NCBI GenBank assembly: GCA_045606425.1
Contig: JAZURV010000004.1
Span: 46,353-110,352 of the forward strand
Source: Candidatus Enterousia sp.
GTDB taxonomy: Bacteria > Pseudomonadota > Alphaproteobacteria > Rs-D84
Direction: 5' to 3'
DNA: 64,000 nt
The notes beneath the pieces were generated by a model. That model was not told the origin of the DNA. It ran no database searches and was given only the letters and a program-made list of their open reading frames with translations. Of the stretch, positions 56,572 through 64,000 are shown piece after piece (within the stretch, counting starts at the first letter, position 1; the number at the start of each line of letters is the position of its first letter). A program made the position numbers and the translations under genes.

Positions 56572-57303
56572 TTATTTTGAACCGTTTTTATAATTTATTT
56601 TCTGGCGACCGACGACAATCGTACCATTTTCATATTTTGGTGCGACCTGTTTTTTGATTTCGCTGCGCCAATACACACCGCCAGTATTTTTATTTATTGC
56701 ATACAAATTATTATCGGTTCCAACAACAAATATAAAATCATCAACCATTATAAAATCAACACCGACAGAAATATTCTGGCACCAAACAACACCACCATTT
56801 GATGATTTTAATTTGCAAAACGCGTCCCCCAATCCACCCGCATAAACATATTTATCATTCAAACCAACATGTGCAATAATATCAACCAGTGACGCACCAC
56901 CGGTTAAATTATTCGCACGAAAAACATCTGTTGACCAAATTTGTCGTCCTGAATTTGCATCAACCTTTACCACTTCGCCTGTGGACAACCCGGTATAGAT
57001 AAAGCGTCCGTCGCAAATCGGCGCCTGATTCGATTTTACAGGGTTATTTGTCGCAAACCCAGACCAGACCTTTTTATCCCCACGCCAAATTGTATTTCGT
57101 TCGTCCTGATGATAATCACAATTTGAATCACCCGAAATATTTGTTATGGTTCCAGACAATTGTGGCACATCACGATTTTGCACACTAACATCATTTGAAC
57201 CAAAAATATCAAATCTTTCACCGGGCAAAATCGGGTCATGCTTTGCGCAAGACGCCAACGAAATCGCACATAATAACCAAGCAAACGAATTTTTCTTTAT
57301 CAT
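56572..57303 (-). CDS. PQQ-like beta-propeller lipoprotein (short BamB-like)
   Basis: Lipobox SLASC; repeated W....G-type propeller blades; located between the yfgM-like gene and der as in many proteobacteria. Confidence 0.6.
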   Translation of the reverse strand: MIKKNSFAWLLCAISLASCAKHDPILPGERFDIFGSNDVSVQNRDVPQLSGTITNISGDSNCDYHQDERNTIWRGDKKVWSGFATNNPVKSNQAPICDGRFIYTGLSTGEVVKVDANSGRQIWSTDVFRANNLTGGASLVDIIAHVGLNDKYVYAGGLGDAFCKLKSSNGGVVWCQNISVGVDFIMVDDFIFVVGTDNNLYAINKNTGGVYWRSEIKKQVAPKYENGTIVVGRQKINYKNGSK

Positions 57304-57307
57304 AATT

Positions 57308-57961
57308 TTATCTTAATGTTTGTGCAGTTGCAGAAATCGACACAGGTGCCCGTTCGTCGTTTATAATCATATCCAGAATTTTATCTGCCGCGTCTTTATC
57401 GCCGGTCGCCAGATATTTCTGCGCAACCATCAAACGCGATGTATAAAAGAACGGTGATTTTTTTGTATCCATGCAGGAAACAAACTTTTCAAATTCTTTG
57501 GCATCCATATTATCCCCATTTATCGTGGCCAGATGTAATTTTGCCAAATCTTTGAAATCGCGCGTATGGCCGTCACGCGCCAATGTTTCCAATTTTTTCA
57601 CATCGCCATCTATCATAAACGATTGAAACATCGCCAAATCAGACATAGCGCCACTGCTGTCTTTCGCCATATTCGCCAGCGCATTTGCATCTACATTATT
57701 CAGCGCAGTTTCATACGCAGTAGCAGTTGCAATCTTTGACGCATAATGAACACGCACACCAATCTGTATTGCACACACAACAATCATTATCGCCAAAACA
57801 GCCGCAGTTATATGACGCCAATATTTTTTCAAAAATTCCTGGGTTTTTTCATTATTCACATCTTCCCATACTTCGCGGTACAGGGCGTCTTCGGCGTATT
57901 CTTCGCGCGTTTTTTTAACTGGTTGTTTAATGTTTTTCTTTCTTTCCAAGATACTTGTCAT
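57308..57961 (-). CDS. YfgM-like membrane-anchored TPR-like protein
   Basis: Single TM after a charged N-terminus; helical C-terminal domain; synteny with the bamB-like gene. Confidence 0.55.
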   Translation of the reverse strand: MTSILERKKNIKQPVKKTREEYAEDALYREVWEDVNNEKTQEFLKKYWRHITAAVLAIMIVVCAIQIGVRVHYASKIATATAYETALNNVDANALANMAKDSSGAMSDLAMFQSFMIDGDVKKLETLARDGHTRDFKDLAKLHLATINGDNMDAKEFEKFVSCMDTKKSPFFYTSRLMVAQKYLATGDKDAADKILDMIINDERAPVSISATAQTLR

Positions 57962-58013
57962 ACCTAATCTCCTGTCTTGATAATTTGTAATTTATTGCTA
58001 TACTATAAAAGTT

Positions 58014-58946
58014 ATGAGCAAGGAAATCAAGACAACTTTACCATCGACCAAATCCAGTACCCCTGTTCCATACATCAGCGGTGCCGGTGATGATATCAGT
58101 TTGTCTAAATATATCAGCGAAATACAAAAATTCCCTATTCTGTCGGCCCAGCAAGAATATGAATATGCTACAAAATGGGCGAACGAACACGACAATATCG
58201 CGGCTGAAAAATTGGTTGCATCGCACCTGCGGTTGGTTGTGTCGGTTGCGTACGATTTTAAAAATTACGGTCTGCCAGTATCTGATTTGATTGCCAGTGG
58301 CAACATGGGGCTGATGCAGGCGCTGCAAAAATTCGACCCAGAAAAAGGCTTTCGTTTTTCGACATATGCGATGTTTTGGATCAAGGCGGAAATTTACGAA
58401 ACAATTTTGAACAACTGGTCGATTGTAAAATTGGGCAATTCAGCAAACCAGAAACGCGTATTCTTTAACCTGACCCGGGCAAAACGCGCACTGGGCATAA
58501 TGGACAATTCCCTGTCCAAAGACCAAACGAAACAAATTGCGGAATATTTATCTGTCCCAGAAAACGATGTTGAACGCGTCGCAACACGTATGTCTGCGCG
58601 TGATGTATCACTGAACACACCGTTAAACACAGATTCAGATTCTGGCGACATTTTATCAAACATGGCAGATTCGCGTGTCAATATTGCCGATGGTCTGGAA
58701 ACAATGGAATTCCGTCGTCACGGATACGAATTATTAAAAAAACACTTGAATGACCTGCCAGAACGCGACCGGGAAATTTTACGTGCACGCCGCCTGTCTG
58801 ACCCGGCGTTGACGCTGGAAACATTATCACAAAAATACGGCATTTCGCGCGAACGCGTCCGCCAAATCGAAGAACGCGCATTTAACAAATTACGCGATGC
58901 AATTTTATCTGATTCACAACCAAAGAAAATATCTGGGGACAAATAA
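58014..58946 (+). CDS. rpoH: RNA polymerase sigma-32 factor RpoH
   Basis: Region 2 LRLVVSVA, RpoH box QKRVFFNL, and region 4 SRERVRQIE. Confidence 0.9.
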   Translation: MSKEIKTTLPSTKSSTPVPYISGAGDDISLSKYISEIQKFPILSAQQEYEYATKWANEHDNIAAEKLVASHLRLVVSVAYDFKNYGLPVSDLIASGNMGLMQALQKFDPEKGFRFSTYAMFWIKAEIYETILNNWSIVKLGNSANQKRVFFNLTRAKRALGIMDNSLSKDQTKQIAEYLSVPENDVERVATRMSARDVSLNTPLNTDSDSGDILSNMADSRVNIADGLETMEFRRHGYELLKKHLNDLPERDREILRARRLSDPALTLETLSQKYGISRERVRQIEERAFNKLRDAILSDSQPKKISGDK

Positions 58947-59983
58947 TGAAAAATAAAATATCTTTGATTGCAATATTTTGTCTGGCAACATCAGGCGCAA
59001 ACGCATTGGATTACACAACAGACAAATGGCGTTTAGCCCTGGACGCAGATGGTATGGTCGGATTTCTGGAAAACCGTGATGACAAACCGATATTTATAAA
59101 CGATTGGAATGTAAAGGCAACTGCAACATATCGTCTAGATTCGGCACGACGCATTGGCGCAGTTTATTCGATTGACGCAGACAGCGTTGACGATAAAAAC
59201 TATATTCACGACGCATTTATTTTATTTCAAGACCGCAACCTGGGGCGTGCAGAATTTGGATTGACGCATTCAATCGCACGAAAAATGGGATTGGGGCTGC
59301 CAGATGTTGGATATTTAAAATTAAACGACAAATCGATATTGTATAAAAAATTTGATTTGAACAAGGTTTTAATTTCAGACACTACTGCGACCACCGGCCA
59401 CGAATCGATTCGTTTAAACCTGGCGACGGTATCAACTGATTATGGTCAATACGGTTTATCTGTTGCCGGCGGTGGTGACGATTATGATTTTGCGTTGGAT
59501 ACAGCCGCAAAATTCAAACAATCACTGGGAAAAACAAAAACAGCATATTCGATTGCGCTTTCCTATATGGACAAACCACACGGATACGAAGAAAATTCTT
59601 TCACCCCACCTGTTTATGCAGACTGGCGCGCCCAGGCGGCATTGGGATTTAACCTGTCGTATAACAGTTTTGTTTTTGGTGCATCTGCCCGTTTAATTTA
59701 TGATGAAAAGCCAGCATTTAAAACTTCGGACGGTTTGGTTGCCGGCACTGGGGTCAGTTATGATTTCCTGCAAAGCAGTGTTTCTTTGAATTATCTGTAT
59801 TCAAATACAAACCTGTGGACACACCACGATAAAAACACAGGCATGGAATTAAATGGTGAATACATGAATACAATTATCGCATCATTTCGTTATAAATATA
59901 CAGAACACACTTCGATGTTTATGTCGGGCGGACTGGCGCACACAGTACCATTCTTTGCCGTCGGATTGAAAAGCGGATTTTAA
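58946..59983 (+). CDS. outer-membrane beta-barrel protein (porin-like)
   Basis: Signal peptide; amphipathic strands; terminal ...VGLKSGF. Confidence 0.55.
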   Translation: MKNKISLIAIFCLATSGANALDYTTDKWRLALDADGMVGFLENRDDKPIFINDWNVKATATYRLDSARRIGAVYSIDADSVDDKNYIHDAFILFQDRNLGRAEFGLTHSIARKMGLGLPDVGYLKLNDKSILYKKFDLNKVLISDTTATTGHESIRLNLATVSTDYGQYGLSVAGGGDDYDFALDTAAKFKQSLGKTKTAYSIALSYMDKPHGYEENSFTPPVYADWRAQAALGFNLSYNSFVFGASARLIYDEKPAFKTSDGLVAGTGVSYDFLQSSVSLNYLYSNTNLWTHHDKNTGMELNGEYMNTIIASFRYKYTEHTSMFMSGGLAHTVPFFAVGLKSGF

Positions 59984-60010
59984 AAAACCGGCATTTGCCG
60001 GTTTTTTTAC

Positions 60011-60622
60011 TTACATCAAACAACTTAATGTCGCGGAAGTATTCTTTATCAAAAACCATATATTACGATAATCTGATGTATAAACACAACACAACAACAC
60101 CAGACACGCCGCCACAACAAACAAAACACTGACCCTGTTGCCGTGCATACAATAAACAGCAATATGATACAGCAAAAACGCCATATATAAATCTGTCAGC
60201 AAACTGACCACCCAAATCGAAGTGCAATCAAAAGCCAACGCGTTCAATATGACTGCCAATGAATAAATAAAGAAAATCGACGCAATACCCTTTACCGCGA
60301 TTTCCCAATCGCGTTCCCCACCGGTAATTTCAGAAACCAACATCATCAACCCTGCAATCACAAACAACAACATCACTGCCACCACAGGGAAAATAACAAC
60401 CGCTTTGAACAACGAAACCACAGAAATCGCAGCAATCCCATCGCGGCACAAATTTATTATCATAACCAAAATACCGCCAACGAATCCCCAAAGGAATGCT
60501 TTCAATATCGCGTCTTCCATTTTGCCGTCTGCGACAATGCGTGAAAAAAAGTACTTTGGGCGAAAAAACACATCTGACAATTTTGCCAACCAACTTCTTT
60601 TCTTTGATTTTGCTGATTTCAT
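60011..60622 (-). CDS. Yip1-like polytopic membrane protein
   Basis: Charged N-terminus followed by five hydrophobic helices. Confidence 0.45.
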   Translation of the reverse strand: MKSAKSKKRSWLAKLSDVFFRPKYFFSRIVADGKMEDAILKAFLWGFVGGILVMIINLCRDGIAAISVVSLFKAVVIFPVVAVMLLFVIAGLMMLVSEITGGERDWEIAVKGIASIFFIYSLAVILNALAFDCTSIWVVSLLTDLYMAFLLYHIAVYCMHGNRVSVLFVVAACLVLLCCVYTSDYRNIWFLIKNTSATLSCLM

Positions 60623-60679
60623 TTTTAGACTCCTGGGATTTGATTATTTATATTTTTACTTTATAATTATAAAAAAGCA

Positions 60680-62017
60680 ATGGAAAAAGTCATGAAAAAC
60701 ATAGTTATTGTTGGCCGTCCCAATACTGGCAAATCGACACTTTTTAATGCGCTGACAAATTCGCGCGACGCACTGGTTCATGACAGACCTGGCGTCACGC
60801 GCGACACAATATCTGGACGCATTCCAAACCGCCCATGGACATTGTATGATACTGCGGGTCTGGAAAATGTAAAATCTGGTATTGCACACGATTCAACTGA
60901 CATGGCGATAAAGGCCATTGAAAACGCAGATGCGATTTTATTCGTTGTTGATGGTCGCGTTGGATTAAACCCTATGGATTTAGAATGGGCAAAACTGGTA
61001 CACAAAAAAACACGGGCACCCGGAATTTTATTGGTAAACAAAAGCGAATCGGCAAAACGATTATCTGATATTCATGATTTTTACAAACTGGGATTTGGCG
61101 AACCACAACTGATATCCGCAGAACACAAACGCGGATTTGATGTGATTTATAATTTAATGGATTCGCTGTATACGACAGAATCCGCCGTATACGACGATTC
61201 AAATAAAGAAATTAAAATCGCAGTTTTGGGTCAGCCAAATGTTGGAAAATCTACATTTGTAAATCGCGTACTGGGCGAACAACGGCAAATCGTCATGGAC
61301 GCCCCAGGCATAACACGCGACACAGTAAAAATACCAACGCGATTTTACGGTCGCGACATTGTTATAATGGACACTGCGGGTCTGCGTCGCAAAGCGGGGG
61401 TAACGGACGATGTCGAAACATTATCTGCGTTAAAATCATTGGACGCCATTGAAAAATCAGACATTGTTATTTTAATTGTGGACGCAACCAAAAACATCGA
61501 AAACCAGGCACTGGGCATTGCATCGCGCGTATATGACGCAGGAAAAATATTATGTGTCGCCCTTAACAAATGGGATTTGGTTGACGAAGCAGAAAGGGAT
61601 GAAAAATTATTAAAATTGAAACATCAGTTTACTAATTCTTTCCATCAAATTATAAAGCCGTTGATTTTGGCAATATCTGCCGAAAAAGGTACAGGCGTAC
61701 AAAATTTATTTAAACGCATTTACGAACAATGGGACATATCGAATACAGACGCCCCAACCAGTTTGATAAACCGCATAGTTGAAAAACTGGTCGCTGAACG
61801 GCAACCGCCTATGTCGCGCCTGAAACGCCCAATGAAAATAAAATTCGCGCGTCAGACCGGACATCATCCGATTCGCATCACAATAAATGTTGGCGGGGCA
61901 TCTGATATACCTGAATCTTATACACGATACCTGCGCCGCGGGATTGCAACGGCATTAAAGATGGAACATTTGCCGATTACAATTGAATACCAAAAATCCG
62001 AAAATCCATTTGACTAA
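60680..62017 (+). CDS. der: ribosome-associated GTPase Der/EngA
   Basis: Two G domains (GRPNTGKST and GQPNVGKST) plus a KH-like C-terminus. Confidence 0.95.
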   Translation: MEKVMKNIVIVGRPNTGKSTLFNALTNSRDALVHDRPGVTRDTISGRIPNRPWTLYDTAGLENVKSGIAHDSTDMAIKAIENADAILFVVDGRVGLNPMDLEWAKLVHKKTRAPGILLVNKSESAKRLSDIHDFYKLGFGEPQLISAEHKRGFDVIYNLMDSLYTTESAVYDDSNKEIKIAVLGQPNVGKSTFVNRVLGEQRQIVMDAPGITRDTVKIPTRFYGRDIVIMDTAGLRRKAGVTDDVETLSALKSLDAIEKSDIVILIVDATKNIENQALGIASRVYDAGKILCVALNKWDLVDEAERDEKLLKLKHQFTNSFHQIIKPLILAISAEKGTGVQNLFKRIYEQWDISNTDAPTSLINRIVEKLVAERQPPMSRLKRPMKIKFARQTGHHPIRITINVGGASDIPESYTRYLRRGIATALKMEHLPITIEYQKSENPFD

Positions 62018-62042
62018 AAAACCGCCTATACGGCGGTTTTTC
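62018..62042. terminator. bidirectional intrinsic terminator
   Basis: AACCGCC-tatac-GGCGGTT flanked by A- and T-runs. Confidence 0.75.
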
Positions 62043-62048
62043 TGTTGT

Positions 62049-63095
62049 TTACTGATTTGGTGTATTGAATGTCCAACCGGTGAAGACTTTACCAGCCTTA
62101 TGCACGGCTTTGCGTGGTGTTCTGATATCACCACCGTATGTGACAGAACCCGCATCATTCGCGTCAATATCAGATTGGTCTGCATCCGCCCAAGTAATCG
62201 CAATTGTGTTGGCTTGGCAGGATGGTGCCCCAGCAGGAATCGCATTGAACACCGCAGCACGCCAATCGGGGTTTTCCACACCCATGTAATCCCGAAGGTA
62301 GTCCGCACAGATGTCCGGGCAGTATTCTGCGCAACTACTCGAGGAGCTGTAGCGATTAAAAAACACCCAGGGAGCAGATACGTTCTGGCTGACGCCATTA
62401 TCATCTGGCAAGCCAGTATCCGGTGTATAACTATCAATTTGACACCAACAATTCGAACCGTTCGTAAAGTCCGCGGTCACAGTATTCGATGTGTCACCCC
62501 TAGAAGCTGCACTGCCTTGTGTACTACATACTGCTTTACCTGTTATACGACCTTTCTCAGAAAAATCTATACCAAAGGTATCCGTTGCAGTTATTCCGTA
62601 TCTTGTTTGGCTTGTTGAACCTGCACCGTTATGATATGTGCCACTGTGGTCTATGTATCCGTATGCGGTGCCCTGGCTGTTTCCGATTATGCTTGCAAAA
62701 TCTGGGTTGCCTGGGTTAAGTGTATACCCCGTATCACAGGTTGCGATGGCGCAGGTGTCGGTTTCATTTGCACCCTGATAATTTTTACCAGTTACACTTG
62801 CGATATGGGAATTTGCCGGAAAGTCAGATACTGTACAGGCTTTATAACACTGGTCGGTACTTGTTGCACCATCATCACTGTTTGGAAATCCGGTCGGACA
62901 GTCCGTATAACTTGCACTTGTTGTTGCTGTTCCGCTTGATACTTTCAAATTCGTAACATTTGCCTGACCAACATAAGTATAGTCTTCCGCCATTACCCCG
63001 TTACTGGGAAATGAATTTGAACTGTGTGATGGTTCTGCGATTGCTGGCACTGCAACCAATGCCAATATTGTTCCAAAACTAAATATTTTGTTCAT
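62049..63095 (-). CDS. large Cys-rich secreted protein with conserved C-terminal B-repeat domain
   Basis: Signal peptide; Cys-rich variable body; C-terminus IAITW..DIDANDAGSVTYGGDIRTPRKAVHKAGKVFTGWTFN. Confidence 0.75.
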   Translation of the reverse strand: MNKIFSFGTILALVAVPAIAEPSHSSNSFPSNGVMAEDYTYVGQANVTNLKVSSGTATTSASYTDCPTGFPNSDDGATSTDQCYKACTVSDFPANSHIASVTGKNYQGANETDTCAIATCDTGYTLNPGNPDFASIIGNSQGTAYGYIDHSGTYHNGAGSTSQTRYGITATDTFGIDFSEKGRITGKAVCSTQGSAASRGDTSNTVTADFTNGSNCWCQIDSYTPDTGLPDDNGVSQNVSAPWVFFNRYSSSSSCAEYCPDICADYLRDYMGVENPDWRAAVFNAIPAGAPSCQANTIAITWADADQSDIDANDAGSVTYGGDIRTPRKAVHKAGKVFTGWTFNTPNQ

Positions 63096-63119
63096 AGGTT
63101 ATCCCCCTTTCTTTGCTTT

Positions 63120-63332
63120 AAAAAACCACCAAAAGAAACTGGTGGTCGGGGAGTTCAAAAATCAGATTATCATCGATCCCGTTGCCTTTAGATATACGCT
63201 AACGGCTCCCCAACCTTGTTATGTCAGGGACAATAACGGTGCAAAAACACCGATAATAACACAAGATACGATGCCTTCGCACCGGATAATCTGGGCTTTT
63301 GACGACCCCGAACCCAATTCCCATTGGATTCA
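63120..63332 (-). promoter_or_regulatory. structured 5' leader RNA L4 (divergent family member)
   Basis: Promoter TTTACA, 17-nt spacer, TATAAT (-10 at 63338-63343). Same architecture as L1-L3 with different primary sequence. Terminator CCACCA-loop-TGGTGG-T6. Confidence 0.6.
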
Positions 63333-63402
63333 GGACAATTATAACAGTTTCATAAAAAAATGTAAATATATAATAATTAAAACCGCCGTAACGGCGGTTT
63401 TG

Positions 63403-64000
63403 TTATGCTATACACTTTTGCGCAAAATCTATAATCGAACCATAAAGCACCGCGAAAAAGAAACACACACTGCCCCCGATTACAAACAAATGCCACAATG
63501 CGTGCGCAAATTTCATACGGCGCCATAAATAGAAAATAACACCAAACGAATAAGACAATCCCCCCGCCAAAACAAACCACATTCCGCGCGCAGATATTGT
63601 TTGAATCATCGCTGGCAAAATCCAAAGCAAAGCCCAACCCATAACCAGATACAATCCAACCATCCATTTTGGTTGTTTGTGTGGATTATGTATTTTCATA
63701 ATTGCACCAAAAATAACAATCGCCCACAATATCCCAAACATAGCCCAGCCCAAGCCTGCATGACCACAACGATTCAAATTTACCAATAAAAACGGCGTAT
63801 AGGTTCCAGCAATCAGTGCATAAATCGCAATTGAATCCCAAACTTCGAAAAAGCATTCACTTTTATCGCCAATCGTTGCATGGCACATTGTGGAACCAAA
63901 ATACAAAGTAAACATTGTTACGCCAAATATAGAACACGCAACCGTTGCCCAAACATTATGATGCACCACCGCAAACGCGACCAACAAGCACAGTGCCGCC
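63403..64000 (-). CDS. hemolysin III / PAQR-family membrane protein, 5' end beyond the window
   Basis: Multi-TM protein with C-terminal HALWHLFV motif. The reading frame stays open upstream of the TTG used by the ORF track. Confidence 0.75.
   Translation of the reverse strand, partial: AALCLLVAFAVVHHNVWATVACSIFGVTMFTLYFGSTMCHATIGDKSECFFEVWDSIAIYALIAGTYTPFLLVNLNRCGHAGLGWAMFGILWAIVIFGAIMKIHNPHKQPKWMVGLYLVMGWALLWILPAMIQTISARGMWFVLAGGLSYSFGVIFYLWRRMKFAHALWHLFVIGGSVCFFFAVLYGSIIDFAQKCIA

Noticed and set aside
1-64000. Prophage, integrative element or defence island (integrase, transposase, restriction-modification, toxin-antitoxin, reverse transcriptase)
   Set aside because: No ORF in the track shows recognisable integrase, transposase, RT or nuclease/methylase motifs. 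The accessory content is made up of secreted or surface protein cassettes.

Overview
Low-GC Gram-negative chromosome segment. By inference it looks like a reduced-genome alphaproteobacterium-like organism (rpoH sigma-32, yfgM-like/bamB-like/der arrangement, split tatA and tatBC, SPOR protein, Suf Fe-S pathway, LolA, FtsI). Housekeeping backbone: dnaA, dprA, plsY, rpsT, sufBC, AI-2E transporter, ruvX, gatC/gatA/gatB, tRNA-Phe, miaB, tcdA, tatD, tRNA-Lys, a LysM/M23 peptidase, tatC, tatB, lolA, nrnA, recJ, ftsI, an ftsL-like gene, sufE, a DUF59-type suf gene, sufS, trxA, dksA, tatA, thrS, rluB-like, rsmE, rpoH, der and hlyIII. Three kinds of accessory material sit at operon ends and convergent terminators. 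(1) Three copies of a module in which a conserved Gly/Ala/Thr-rich, four-Cys secreted 'A-family' protein is translationally coupled to variable signal-peptide enzymes: a Tlde1/DUF2778-like L,D-transpeptidase-fold toxin, two S1B trypsin-like proteases, and one unknown. One copy carries a (GT)12 tract in its signal-peptide coding region. (2) Four loci encode variable Cys-rich secreted proteins with a near-identical C-terminal Listeria/Bacteroides-type B-repeat. Each is preceded by the same ~180-nt structured leader RNA, which has covarying helices and terminator/antiterminator logic. (3) An orphan PilN-type secretin with a TcpQ/PilL-like partner, an orphan VirD4-like coupling protein, GC-rich palindromic MITE-like repeats, and nested direct repeats that duplicate the rpsT 3' end. 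No CRISPR array, integrase, transposase or rRNA was seen. All functional calls come from motif recognition by eye, with no database search.
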